This document shows positions 52,445 through 62,054 of a DNA stretch of 64,000 nucleotides, piece after piece. The DNA lies in assembly GCA_963780185.1 (NCBI GenBank), contig CAWABA010000006.1:672001-736000 (forward strand), read 5' to 3'. Each line of letters starts with the position of its first letter. The stretch's first letter is position 1. The translations under genes and the position numbers were made by a program. Source of the stretch: Candidatus Bathyarchaeota archaeon. GTDB taxonomy: Archaea; Thermoproteota; Bathyarchaeia; Bathyarchaeales; Bathycorpusculaceae. The notes under the pieces are model-generated. The model did no database searches. It saw nothing but the letters and a program-made list of their open reading frames with translations, and was not told the origin of the DNA.

Positions 52445-54099
52445 AAGCCATTCACCAACCCTTTAAAGAAGGATGCTATCGGTCCAATCGCCAGAAACGG
52501 GAAGAAAGTAAGCACCACGAGTATAATGATGCTGGCAATCAAGACTACCGTGAATATCAAAGTGTCAGTTTTCAGACCCGAGGTTGTGCCGCCGCGTTTT
52601 CTGCCGATCATTGAACCTGAAAGAGCCAACAATATGAATATCGGAGCATAACGTCCGATGAGCATGACTATGGCGGTCGCTATGTTGAAGAACGGCGTGT
52701 TGGCTGAGCCGCCTAAGAAGTCTGAGCCGTTGTTGGCTGCGGCGCTGGTGAATTCCCAGAGGACCTGCGTGTACCCTACAGAGTTTCCACCCACCCCTAT
52801 CGCCGAGACCGCACCCGACGCGTAGGCGACTACGGTGGGAATAAGTATAATCATGGGGTGAATAAGGAAAGCAACCATCACAAGCTTAACGTCGCGGCCT
52901 GTGATTTTCATCCCTAAGTATTCAGGAGTTCTTCCAGACATTAAGCCGACGATGAACACCGTAATTATAATGTACATAACCATGTACATCAGGCCTACGC
53001 CTTTACCGCCGGGGATAGACTGGATAAACATGCCCAAGAACCCAGAAAGTATCGTCAAAGGATGGTTTCCCAGCAGCGCCGAGTTCAGCGAGCCTGTTGT
53101 GGCAACCGTTGTTGTGACGGTGTAAAAGCTGGACATAAATCCGCCGAATCTTACCTCTATGCCTGGCGCCACCAAAGGAAGAGCTGGAATAAATGCTAAC
53201 GCTAAGTTAACTCCAAAGAGAATGTAGGCACCCCAAAGCAATGGTCTGGACTCTGTTTTTTTGCCAATCATCTGGCCAAAAACGAAGATTAACGCTGTGG
53301 GGAGCAGAAGCATCAGGGAAATCATGAGAATGTTGCTGACGGGTGATGGATTCATGAATGGGTAGGCGGCGTTTGCACCATAAAATCCGCCTCCGTTTGT
53401 TCCTATTTGCATGATGGAGTCAAGAGAAGCCACTGGCCCGACAAAGATTGTTTGAGTTGCGCCCTCTACGGTTTTTACGACCGTGTAGCCGTTGAGGGTT
53501 TGGGGCACGCCTAAAGCGAGAAATATTATGGATGCGATGATGGTAAGCGGCAGGAAGATTCGGGTTATGGATCGGGTGAAGTCAACATAGAAGTTGCCCA
53601 TGTCTTTCGCGCCGTCAACCAGCCCTCGTATGAAAGCAATACCCATACATAGGCCTGTTATTGCCGATGTGAACATTAGCCACTGCAAAACGCTTATTTG
53701 GCTCAGGTACGAGAAAGCCGCTTCACCGCTATAGTGCTGCAGATCCGTGTTTGTTGTAAATGAGACTACTTGCATGAAAGCAAGGTCGGGTTTGATGCCT
53801 GTGAACCCCATGGGGTTAAGCGGTAAATTTCCCTGAAAAACCAGCACAAGAAAGCCAACAACCATCATAACGACGTTTAGCAGCAAGCCAGCGATGAAGT
53901 ACTGTTTCCACCCCATCGTCTGCTCAGTGTTTACACCAGTGATTCTGTAAATGAATTTCTCGATGGGACTGAAAATTTTGTCTAGACGACTTGGTTTTCG
54001 CTTAAAGACTGCTGTGAGGTAGGGCGCTATGAGCCAAGCTAAAAGTACTGTTACTCCAAGTATAAGTATGACTGACAGCACTTGAACTGCATCGATCAA
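52441..54099 (-). CDS. kdpA: K+-transporting ATPase subunit A
   Basis: SFTTNTDLQHY, GTNGGGF, TTGS, SAAANNGS, GRTPEYLG. Confidence 0.95.
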   Translation of the reverse strand: MIDAVQVLSVILILGVTVLLAWLIAPYLTAVFKRKPSRLDKIFSPIEKFIYRITGVNTEQTMGWKQYFIAGLLLNVVMMVVGFLVLVFQGNLPLNPMGFTGIKPDLAFMQVVSFTTNTDLQHYSGEAAFSYLSQISVLQWLMFTSAITGLCMGIAFIRGLVDGAKDMGNFYVDFTRSITRIFLPLTIIASIIFLALGVPQTLNGYTVVKTVEGATQTIFVGPVASLDSIMQIGTNGGGFYGANAAYPFMNPSPVSNILMISLMLLLPTALIFVFGQMIGKKTESRPLLWGAYILFGVNLALAFIPALPLVAPGIEVRFGGFMSSFYTVTTTVATTGSLNSALLGNHPLTILSGFLGMFIQSIPGGKGVGLMYMVMYIIITVFIVGLMSGRTPEYLGMKITGRDVKLVMVAFLIHPMIILIPTVVAYASGAVSAIGVGGNSVGYTQVLWEFTSAAANNGSDFLGGSANTPFFNIATAIVMLIGRYAPIFILLALSGSMIGRKRGGTTSGLKTDTLIFTVVLIASIIILVVLTFFPFLAIGPIASFFKGLVNGF

Positions 54100-54152
54100 T
54101 TAATCCGAAACTCCAAATCGCATTTTTGTTCACTATGGCTCCCTATCTCCAA

Positions 54153-54440
54153 CTAAGCAGCTGATGCAATTTTGGTTTTTTCCTGGCACCTTGGTCCTTT
54201 GCAAGGATGCAAGATAACGGTGACTATGGTGCTTTTTACACCTTTAATTTTCATAATTTGCTTCTGGAGAATGTCTCGAAATTCCTCAATCGTTTGAGTG
54301 CAAACTAGAGTTACGATGTCATATTCGCCTGCAACTTCGTAGACTTCTTCAATGTTTTGAAGTTTTGACAAAGCAAATATTACGGAGTCAATTTGCGATG
54401 TGTCAGCGAAAATGTTGACTGAAGCTAAGAAACGGCTCAT
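54153..54440 (-). CDS. Stand-alone RAM domain protein upstream of kdpA
   Basis: YEVAGEYDIV, IMKIKGVKST; paralogue of 49305-49592. Confidence 0.88.
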   Translation of the reverse strand: MSRFLASVNIFADTSQIDSVIFALSKLQNIEEVYEVAGEYDIVTLVCTQTIEEFRDILQKQIMKIKGVKSTIVTVILHPCKGPRCQEKTKIASAA

Positions 54441-54519
54441 TTTACGCCGCCTCCATCAACACAACAGAACACACCAAAACACAATAAAGGTTTAGCATAT
54501 TTATCTAAATCCGAGGAGC

Positions 54520-54615
54520 TTAGCGAACCTCTTTCAGGTCGTTTTCGATTAAGAAGGCTGAAAAATCAACGGCTTCTATTACATTATCCGAGATTTCTGA
54601 TTTGGGATATTGCAT
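54520..54615 (-). CDS. Possible 31-aa leader ORF
   Basis: MQYPKSEISDNVIEAVDFSAFLIENDLKEVR; lies downstream of a motif-bearing promoter. Confidence 0.35.
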   Translation of the reverse strand: MQYPKSEISDNVIEAVDFSAFLIENDLKEVR

Positions 54616-54663
54616 TTAAAGGCCTTCTTTTTCTCCTTTTAACCATAGGGTATGGATGCTGTT

Positions 54664-54691
54664 ATATAAGGTTAATTGTGATTTGTTCATA
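54664..54691 (-). promoter_or_regulatory. TATGAACAA-N13-TTATAT promoter element, copy 2
   Basis: Upstream of RAM-kdpABC. Confidence 0.7.
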
Positions 54692-55050
54692 CTTCTTAAT
54701 AATGAGTGAACATTTTATCAAAATTTTTTGGAAAAGTTAGAAAAAAAGCATTAAAAAAATGAACAGTCTTGAAAATCCGTACTCCGAGCCTCCTGAATAG
54801 ATGAACAAAAACATATTTTTGCAACAAATTATTCGCCGTATTTAACAGAAATCAATCATATATTTCAGCAGTTGTCCAACTTGCCACCGCGATCTTCAAC
54901 AAACCCATTCGACAAGTACCATTTTGACAAATTTCATTCAAAAATGGTTACTATCTTTAGGCAAATTTAAGAAAAAAGGAGTTTATAGCAAGTTGTCAAA
55001 CTTGCAAATTCATTTGAACCTTTTGAAGGTATTGTTTGCTCTTTCAACGT

Positions 55051-56553
55051 CTATGTTCCTTTGCCGCCTGGGAAGGGGAAGATGCCTGATTCTTTGCTTC
55101 TTGAGTTCAGCGCGAAGTAAGCAATTCCAACCGCCATCCAAATCGCTGCTATACCCACTGCAACGAGTGCTGCCCACTGTGTGTCGCCTCCGCCTATGAA
55201 GCCCAGCCATACCACTGCAATCAACATGACCACGTTTGCTGCGAAGCCTGCGATGGGAATTATGTATTTGGTCAGGATAGAGCGGCGTTCCTTAGATAGC
55301 GCGTAGACTGCTATGACGCAAGTTACTCCGTACAGCAGGAAAGTTCCGAAGTTGGATAGCAACGTGATAGCGGTCAAGTTTCTTAGTGAAAGGACACCGA
55401 AGGCACCGATTCCAGCGGAGACAAGAGTCATCACCCATACACCGATTGCGGGTGTGCCGTATCTTGGGTTGAGTTTTCCGAGCGCTTCAGGAACCTCAGT
55501 ATCGCGGCTAATGGCATATGTTACTCTTACACCCGTGTTCATGCATGACAACGTTGTGCCAAGTATCGCCACTGCAACGACCGCTGCTACGACAAGCATT
55601 ATGATGAAGCCGCCACCGCCGAACAAGCCGTTAATCGATTGGATGATCATGTCGCCTATTGGAGAGTTGGAAGCTGCTGCCGCGCCAAACGTGTATTTCG
55701 AGTTGATCCATGCCTGCATTCCGTAGTATTCCAGTAGGTAGCAGAACGCGCCCTGAATGACGAGCGAGAGTATAATTGCTTTTGGAACATCTCGGGGGTT
55801 TTTGGCTTCAGCAGTTAATGCTGTTACAGATTCGAAACCCACTAGGACGAGTATGGCGATTGTAGCTTGAAACAGCATGTGACTTGCACTGCTCGGAATT
55901 ATTACGCTCGCGGGGTTTTTGAAATAAAATGACACATGGTCAGGGTTTATGAAACGGTAAGCCAACGCGACACCTGTCACACCGATAAGCATGCCGATTT
56001 GCGCGATGTTGATCATGAGGTTTGTTTTTGTTGAGCCGTTGATTCCTCTGAAAGCAATGAAGCCGACAAGGACAGCGAAGGCAATGACGATTGCAACTTC
56101 AGTTAGCGGCGAGATTGCGATGCCGACGGTTGATAGTATGTACGTTATGAAGAAGCCCATCATGCCCACCATGACACCTGGATAAACCCAGTAGTAAAGG
56201 TGGGAAAGCCAGCCTACGATGAACTTTGCGTTTCGGGCGGTTTTGTTGCTGCTGCCTCTGTCAAGCAGGGCACGTTGGGCAAAGTAGTATGAGCTGCCTG
56301 CGCCAGCGTCTGGGTAGCGACGGGAGAGCCATGAGTAGGAAGCGGCGGTTAAGAAAGACAGTACCAAAGCTAAGAACAAGCCTGTCCATATGTCGGGAGC
56401 TGTGGAGGCTCCTCCGGGTGCAACTTGGGCTGCCTGCAGTTCGAAGGTGAGCCACAGGAAAGCACCCGGCGCTATGAGCGCCATGGCGTTGATGGTTAAC
56501 CCCATGAGGCTGAGGGTCTTTTTCATTTCAGGTGCGCTGTTTTCAGTTGCCAC
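55051..56553 (-). CDS. APC-family permease
   Basis: 12 TMs, AMALIAPG, YPDAGAGSSY, LVGFES, AEAKNP. Confidence 0.92.
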   Translation of the reverse strand: MATENSAPEMKKTLSLMGLTINAMALIAPGAFLWLTFELQAAQVAPGGASTAPDIWTGLFLALVLSFLTAASYSWLSRRYPDAGAGSSYYFAQRALLDRGSSNKTARNAKFIVGWLSHLYYWVYPGVMVGMMGFFITYILSTVGIAISPLTEVAIVIAFAVLVGFIAFRGINGSTKTNLMINIAQIGMLIGVTGVALAYRFINPDHVSFYFKNPASVIIPSSASHMLFQATIAILVLVGFESVTALTAEAKNPRDVPKAIILSLVIQGAFCYLLEYYGMQAWINSKYTFGAAAASNSPIGDMIIQSINGLFGGGGFIIMLVVAAVVAVAILGTTLSCMNTGVRVTYAISRDTEVPEALGKLNPRYGTPAIGVWVMTLVSAGIGAFGVLSLRNLTAITLLSNFGTFLLYGVTCVIAVYALSKERRSILTKYIIPIAGFAANVVMLIAVVWLGFIGGGDTQWAALVAVGIAAIWMAVGIAYFALNSRSKESGIFPFPGGKGT

Positions 56554-56663
56554 TAGGTTACCCCCATGATTCTTTTCTGGTAGATGCTGTGGGGTTGTCT
56601 TTGAGCGTCAAGAATAACCAATTCTTCAATGTTGCGTTTAGTCCCTTTGGTAACTTTTCTCAA
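56553..56663 (-). CDS. Possible 36-aa ORF translationally coupled to the permease
   Basis: TTG start after GGTG; its TAG overlaps the permease GTG (TAGTG). Confidence 0.45.
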   Translation of the reverse strand: MRKVTKGTKRNIEELVILDAQRQPHSIYQKRIMGVT

Positions 56664-56706
56664 ATGTAACACCAATTCAAGTTTAGCAACTAAACCGTTC
56701 AATCAA

Positions 56707-56744
56707 ATATAAATGTAGTTAATACTTGTTCATAACTCTTATGA
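56707..56744 (-). promoter_or_regulatory. TATGAACAA-N13-TTATAT promoter element, copy 3, with palindrome TTCATAA-N3-TTATGAA
   Basis: Upstream of the APC permease. Confidence 0.7.
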
Positions 56745-56820
56745 AAAACTGAAGAAACATACAGCAAAACAGTAAACTCCTCAACAAATAGAAAACAGAG
56801 CGCAGTTTGAAACAAATCGG

Positions 56821-57735
56821 CTAAAACCGACCTAACACCAAACCTATCGCAAAACTAAGCAACGGCGCAATAACCCAACCCAAAACAATCACAAGAAACG
56901 GCTTAAGCGAAACAAACTTAGATTTATACGATACGCCCGCTCCGAAAACCGCCGCCGAAAGCGCCTGCGTGTTAGACAACGGAATATTCAACAAAGTAGC
57001 CGCCTCCACGAGAACCGTAGAAGTCAAAAGAGTCGCCGTCGCGTTTGGATAACGCATAAGAAAAAGCTCCTCAGAAACCCTGCGAATCTCACCCGCGCTC
57101 AAAAAAAAGGCGCCCACAAAGATTGCGACGACCGCAAAAGCAACCATCGGCCAGTCAAACCCGCCTGTGGCAACTATTAAGCCAAGGGTGTTTGCGCCCA
57201 ACACGTATGAGGTTGAAAGGGCCAAAATTATGAGCAAAATCTTGTAAATCTGCAATCGGCGCCAAAAATTCTTTGGCTTACTCCTGTTGATGAAGCGGAT
57301 AAGGTAAAACGACAGTGCTATGGCGATGAGGGGTGCCGCAACCCACATGAATGCAACCTCGGCAACGTAGACCCCGTTTGTAAAAGTACCTTCGGCAACA
57401 GATAAGCCTGCAAGCATGCCCACGAGAGACATGCTTACTGACATGGGTGCCCTAATCAAGTCGGCGATGACAAAAATCAAGATGGCAACCAGCAAGGCTT
57501 CAGCCCGAAACTGCAGGGCACCGCTTGGCAACAGTACATTAACGGTTTTTGTCATTCCTGCGCCTTGAACCAGAAGCCCGACAGAAAATCCGACGGCGCC
57601 AAGCATCATCCCGAACCGCTTAGTTATGATTCTGGAGCCGACCGCGGGGCCAACGCAAGCGGATAGGTTGTTGCCTGAAACCAGCATTACCGCGATGAAT
57701 GTTAATACAAAGAGTCCTATTGAGAGCCACAGCAT
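56821..57735 (-). CDS. PiT-family inorganic phosphate transporter
   Basis: SGNN and GAN signature repeats, IPLSNTQ, WVIAP. Confidence 0.85.
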   Translation of the reverse strand: MLWLSIGLFVLTFIAVMLVSGNNLSACVGPAVGSRIITKRFGMMLGAVGFSVGLLVQGAGMTKTVNVLLPSGALQFRAEALLVAILIFVIADLIRAPMSVSMSLVGMLAGLSVAEGTFTNGVYVAEVAFMWVAAPLIAIALSFYLIRFINRSKPKNFWRRLQIYKILLIILALSTSYVLGANTLGLIVATGGFDWPMVAFAVVAIFVGAFFLSAGEIRRVSEELFLMRYPNATATLLTSTVLVEAATLLNIPLSNTQALSAAVFGAGVSYKSKFVSLKPFLVIVLGWVIAPLLSFAIGLVLGRF

Positions 57736-57742
57736 CTACGGG

Positions 57743-58414
57743 TCACTTAAGTATTGAAGTAACAACTGCAACAATGAGGTCGGAAAAATCTTCACATGAA
57801 TCAAGAATATCGTCGCATTTATGCAAAAGCTCCTGGTAATGGTGAAACTCCAGATAATGCAGGTTCGGCGTTATGCTGTAAAGCCTGTCGAAACCCAAGT
57901 CCTTGATGTCGTCACCCTTCTCCTCCAGCGTCTCGATTTCTTTTCGGAGTGCCAAAATCTCTGCGATGCTGGATGAGGAAAGCAGCTGTTTAAGCTTTGA
58001 GTGTGATTCCGATGCAAGCGCCAGCATGTTCGAATAGACTGAGTCCCAATCTGCATGGTGCATTTGAAAACCTGAGGCGTAGGCTTTTGACATTCGGGCA
58101 AGTTCTCTGCCGATGTAATAGTAGGTGTCCACGGTGTCGTCAGCCGTCTGGATAGATTCTAGGAGGCTGTCAATAACGTTGGGGCTGATGGCGCCGCCTG
58201 TTACGTCTTCGCTTATTTTAAAGGCAACCTCGTCGGATTTTTTTTCAAGCTGCTGCACGCTATGCAAGGCTTCAATTAATTCTTTTTCCTTGTAGTCTGC
58301 CTTGAACATGCCTGAAACGATTTTGTTGGATTCGACGGCGATGTCAACTATTTGCGACAGTTCGCTGAAAATGTTTTTTTCTCCAAGAACCAGGATGCCT
58401 TTGATGCTCTTCAA
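57743..58414 (-). CDS. DUF47 (PhoU-like) PiT accessory protein
   Basis: LEKKSD and LEEKGD repeats; upstream of PiT. Confidence 0.88.
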   Translation of the reverse strand: MKSIKGILVLGEKNIFSELSQIVDIAVESNKIVSGMFKADYKEKELIEALHSVQQLEKKSDEVAFKISEDVTGGAISPNVIDSLLESIQTADDTVDTYYYIGRELARMSKAYASGFQMHHADWDSVYSNMLALASESHSKLKQLLSSSSIAEILALRKEIETLEEKGDDIKDLGFDRLYSITPNLHYLEFHHYQELLHKCDDILDSCEDFSDLIVAVVTSILK

Positions 58415-58532
58415 CCGAAACGCCTCTCCGGTAAAACAATGAAAGCTAAGTCATATTAAACTTTACAATCTCAGCGAATACGATGTTGAGTAAAAAAGAT
58501 TCTCATATCAGAAAATCAAACGAAGAATAAGA

Positions 58533-59015
58533 CTAAATCACTTTGGTGTATTCTTTCACGGCGTTGAGGGCAACCAGCGTGGTGGTTCTTTTGATGAATC
58601 GTTCGGTTAAGAGCTTCTTTAAGAAAGCGTTAAGGCTCGGGTTGTCTTGAAACTTGGCGAAGACGACCGCGTCGTACTCACCAGTTATGTCATAAACGGA
58701 TTCCACATTGTTTTCTTGGGCTATTTCGGTTTCCACTTCCCGGATATGCCCGCCTTCGATCTGGATCATGATTATCGCTGTGAGAGCGTACCCCATTTTT
58801 GCCCTGTCAACGATGGGTATGTACCCGAGTATTACGCCTTCATGCTCGAGGGCTTCAAGGTGCTTGTGCAGAATGTTTGGAGTCACTCCGACTTTTTGGG
58901 CTAGCTTACGTAGACTTAGACGGGAATCGTCTTCGAGTGCGCGTATAATTTGCATATCGACGGAGTCTAACATGTTTTTTGGGCTTTTTTTGGTTGTTAG
59001 GCCCAAATTTCTCAC
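58533..59015 (-). CDS. Full-length Lrp/AsnC transcriptional regulator
   Basis: LDSVDMQIIRALEDDSR HTH plus RAM domain YDITGEYD. Confidence 0.92.
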   Translation of the reverse strand: MRNLGLTTKKSPKNMLDSVDMQIIRALEDDSRLSLRKLAQKVGVTPNILHKHLEALEHEGVILGYIPIVDRAKMGYALTAIIMIQIEGGHIREVETEIAQENNVESVYDITGEYDAVVFAKFQDNPSLNAFLKKLLTERFIKRTTTLVALNAVKEYTKVI

Positions 59016-59319
59016 GCCCCAAACGGTTACTTGACGTTTGTTTAGTTAATCAAGGAATATATAAACATCACCGCATTAAAATTGAAATAATGTAAACATT
59101 GGTTGGAGAACCCGACTGTCGAAATAGACAATCGATGTATTGACACTTAACGAATGTGCAAGCTCTGAAGCTACCAGAAAACATAGGACAACGCATGATG
59201 GTTGGCAAGGCAATCAATGGCTATAATGCTGCAACATTTGTTTGCGCGCACAGAATAACCTTATAAATCCTACCGTTAAGTAGAGTAGCTCATTCAACCC
59301 CTAGAATCGTTAAAACCTG

Positions 59320-60816
59320 ATGAATCGCATGGAAAACAACAGCATAGATGTAGTCTTAACCTCTGACAGAACCCTAATGAGCAACTACCACAACAACCAA
59401 TTCTTAGGATTCGGCACCTGCGCCCCCTCCAACTTCATTCCAGACGCACTTTACAGCTACCTGTTTTTTCCGCCGATAAAAACCAACCAAGGGTTACCGA
59501 CTGCTGCACCATACGGCTTAAGAAAAATTGAAGCTCAACTGCTAAAAGAAGGCTTCAACGTTCTGACGGTTAGCCCAGAGCACCTTCAGAATTATTTGAA
59601 GGGAGCAAAAGTAATCGGCATCCACACTATGGACCCATTCGGGTTCGGTCCAGCTTCAACTACTCTTGCCGCACTTTTCCAAAAAGAACCCTTCTTAGCA
59701 ACACACTTCCGCAACTTGATTACCAGCCCCATCATCAGGGAAGCAAAACATAACGGAGCAAAAATCATTGTAGGCGGTCCCGGCGCATGGCAATTCCGTT
59801 ACAGACCCCAGCTTGTCGAGAAAAAAATCATCGACTGCGTTGTGGAAGGGGAATCCGAAAACATAATCGGGAAACTCTTTAAATCCGCCTTAGACGGCGA
59901 GCAGCTACCGCCGCTCTTTGAAGTCCCAGCTAAAGACGTCCCCAAGTTAGAAGAGATACCTGACATTGTGAATCCGTCTGTAAACGGCTTAGTTGAGCTT
60001 GGACGGGGCTGCTGCAGAGGATGCGAATTCTGCAACGTTACGCTAAGACCCTTACGCTGGTACCCCCTTGACAAGATAGTTCGGGAGGTGGCGGTTAACG
60101 TGCAAGGCAAACAGAGGGTTATCTGCCTGCATTCTGAAGACGTCATGCTGTACGGTTCACAAAACGCCGTGCCAAACGACGAAAAACTCATCCAACTTCA
60201 TGAAAACGTGATGAGCAAAGTGAACACGGTAAGTTGGAGCCACTGTTCACTCGCCGCCGTAGCGTCAAAACCGCAGCTCGTCGCCAAACTCTCAGAAATC
60301 ATACTTCAGAAGCAAGCTTGGTGGGGAGCCGAAATCGGCCTCGAAACAGGTTCAGCCCAACTTGCAAAAAGAATTATGCCTGCCAAAGCTTTCCCGTTTA
60401 AACCCGAGGAGTGGCCTCAAGTTGCCCGCCAAGGATTCGGCATAATGCATGACCACAAGCTGATTCCCGCAGCAACACTTATCGTTGGTCTTCCCGAAGA
60501 AACAGAAGACGACATCACAAAAACACTCGAGTTGCTGGACGACGTTAAAGATTGCCGAAGCCTAATCGTGCCCCTGTTCTTTGTTCCGCTGGGCAGATTG
60601 AAAAACAAGGATTGGTTCCGTGAAACTCAGGTTAACAAGCTTCACGAGGAACTTATGTTCAAATGCGCTGAACACAGCCTTCGCTGGGTAGACAACCTGA
60701 TTGACATGTCATTCAGGGATAAGGGGTATCGGGCTCCGATCAAACAAGCTTACAAGATTTTCGCAGGATTAATAAAACGTCAAATAAGACGCGTAGAAAC
60801 CACGACTCTGCCGTAG
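59320..60816 (+). CDS. B12-binding-type radical SAM protein (paralogue 2)
   Basis: APYGLRKIEA, RGCCRGCEFC; colinear with 41412-42872. Confidence 0.9.
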   Translation: MNRMENNSIDVVLTSDRTLMSNYHNNQFLGFGTCAPSNFIPDALYSYLFFPPIKTNQGLPTAAPYGLRKIEAQLLKEGFNVLTVSPEHLQNYLKGAKVIGIHTMDPFGFGPASTTLAALFQKEPFLATHFRNLITSPIIREAKHNGAKIIVGGPGAWQFRYRPQLVEKKIIDCVVEGESENIIGKLFKSALDGEQLPPLFEVPAKDVPKLEEIPDIVNPSVNGLVELGRGCCRGCEFCNVTLRPLRWYPLDKIVREVAVNVQGKQRVICLHSEDVMLYGSQNAVPNDEKLIQLHENVMSKVNTVSWSHCSLAAVASKPQLVAKLSEIILQKQAWWGAEIGLETGSAQLAKRIMPAKAFPFKPEEWPQVARQGFGIMHDHKLIPAATLIVGLPEETEDDITKTLELLDDVKDCRSLIVPLFFVPLGRLKNKDWFRETQVNKLHEELMFKCAEHSLRWVDNLIDMSFRDKGYRAPIKQAYKIFAGLIKRQIRRVETTTLP

Positions 60817-60930
60817 GAAATCTACTTTTCCAGAAAGACGCTTGCAATCGTATATCGGCAAATTCCTTTAAATCGCCCTTGCAACTTTAATAATTTCATC
60901 CTAATTCAGTTCAACACGAGGCGCAATGGA

Positions 60931-61641
60931 TTGTCAAGCAATTTTGACGTAAAAGTGGAAGACAAACGCAGTGTCAAAGTAATCAAGAATGGACCCTACT
61001 TCGTTTCAGGACCCATCCCCCTGTCCCCCATGACAATAGAGTGCGACGGAAAAGGCACCCCGGTTAAGTGGGCCATAGACGACAAATTAAGCACCCCCCA
61101 AAATTACCTACTCTGCCGATGCGGACAATCAGCCAAGAAGCCGTTTTGCGACGGCAGCCACTTAAGAGTCAACTTTGACGGCACAGAAACAAGCGAAAAT
61201 GAACCTTACGAAAAGTTGGCGCAGGAAATCGACGGCCCAGAAGTGAAGCTTTACGATGCGGTGCTGCTTTGCGCTTCAGCCCGTTTTTGCCACAGAGGCG
61301 GAGACATCTGGGATGTAATCCACCGCACAGACATGCCTGAGGCAAAGAAAAACGTCATCGAAAACTGCTCAGACTGCCCGTCGGGAAGGCTCGTGGCACA
61401 TGACAAGAAAACCGGGAAGAATGTTGAGCCAGTTTTAGACAAATCAATCGGCGCCATAGAAGACCCCGCTATCGGAACAAGTGGGCCGTTTTGGGTTCGC
61501 GGCGGAATCCCCGTTTACTCTGCAAACGGAAAACTCTATGAAACACGGAACCGCGTGACGCTTTGCCGATGTGGGAAATCTACTAACAAACCGTTTTGCG
61601 ACAGCAGCCATTATCCAGAAGAGGATAGGGAGGTGAAATGA
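60931..61641 (+). CDS. CDGSH iron-sulfur domain protein
   Basis: CRCGQSAKKPFCDGSH, central ferredoxin-like CASARFC...CPSG, second CRCGKSTNKPFCDSSH. Confidence 0.92.
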   Translation: MSSNFDVKVEDKRSVKVIKNGPYFVSGPIPLSPMTIECDGKGTPVKWAIDDKLSTPQNYLLCRCGQSAKKPFCDGSHLRVNFDGTETSENEPYEKLAQEIDGPEVKLYDAVLLCASARFCHRGGDIWDVIHRTDMPEAKKNVIENCSDCPSGRLVAHDKKTGKNVEPVLDKSIGAIEDPAIGTSGPFWVRGGIPVYSANGKLYETRNRVTLCRCGKSTNKPFCDSSHYPEEDREVK

Positions 61642-61947
61642 ATGGCAGACGACAATTTTGAGCGAACAGTACAGGCTAAAGAGAAGGCGTATGTGCTCTT
61701 TTACGCTTCATGGTGCCATTTTTCACAGGCGTTCCTGCCAATATTCAAAGAATACGCGAAACGGCACCCTGATGAATGCATGAGCGTTGTGATTGACGAT
61801 AAACCAGACCTATGCGACAAATACTCAATCGACTACTACCCCACAGTGCTGCTTTTCAAGAAAGGCAAGGTTGACAAGCGGCTTGACGCTGAGCCAGGCG
61901 AAGGATTAACAAAAAAGCAGCTCATGCAGCTTATAGAGACCGCCTAA
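61642..61947 (+). CDS. Thioredoxin-fold protein (CxxS)
   Basis: FYASWCHFS, YYPT. Confidence 0.85.
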   Translation: MADDNFERTVQAKEKAYVLFYASWCHFSQAFLPIFKEYAKRHPDECMSVVIDDKPDLCDKYSIDYYPTVLLFKKGKVDKRLDAEPGEGLTKKQLMQLIETA

Positions 61948-62054
61948 ACCGCCCTTTAAGAAGAAAATGCGCGCAAAGTTTCTTCGCTCGTTTTGCTAGC
62001 TTGATGGAAAAAACCCATATATCCCATGGTAATCCATCAGAGACATGTGACTTG

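Noticed and set aside
50375-52651. Long antisense ORFs opposite kdpB/kdpA (also opposite arsM, DUF362 and por)
   Set aside because: Shadow ORFs of well-supported genes on the other strand.
54100-54152. kdpF directly upstream of kdpA
   Set aside because: Only 53 bp, with no hydrophobic ORF ending in PExF.
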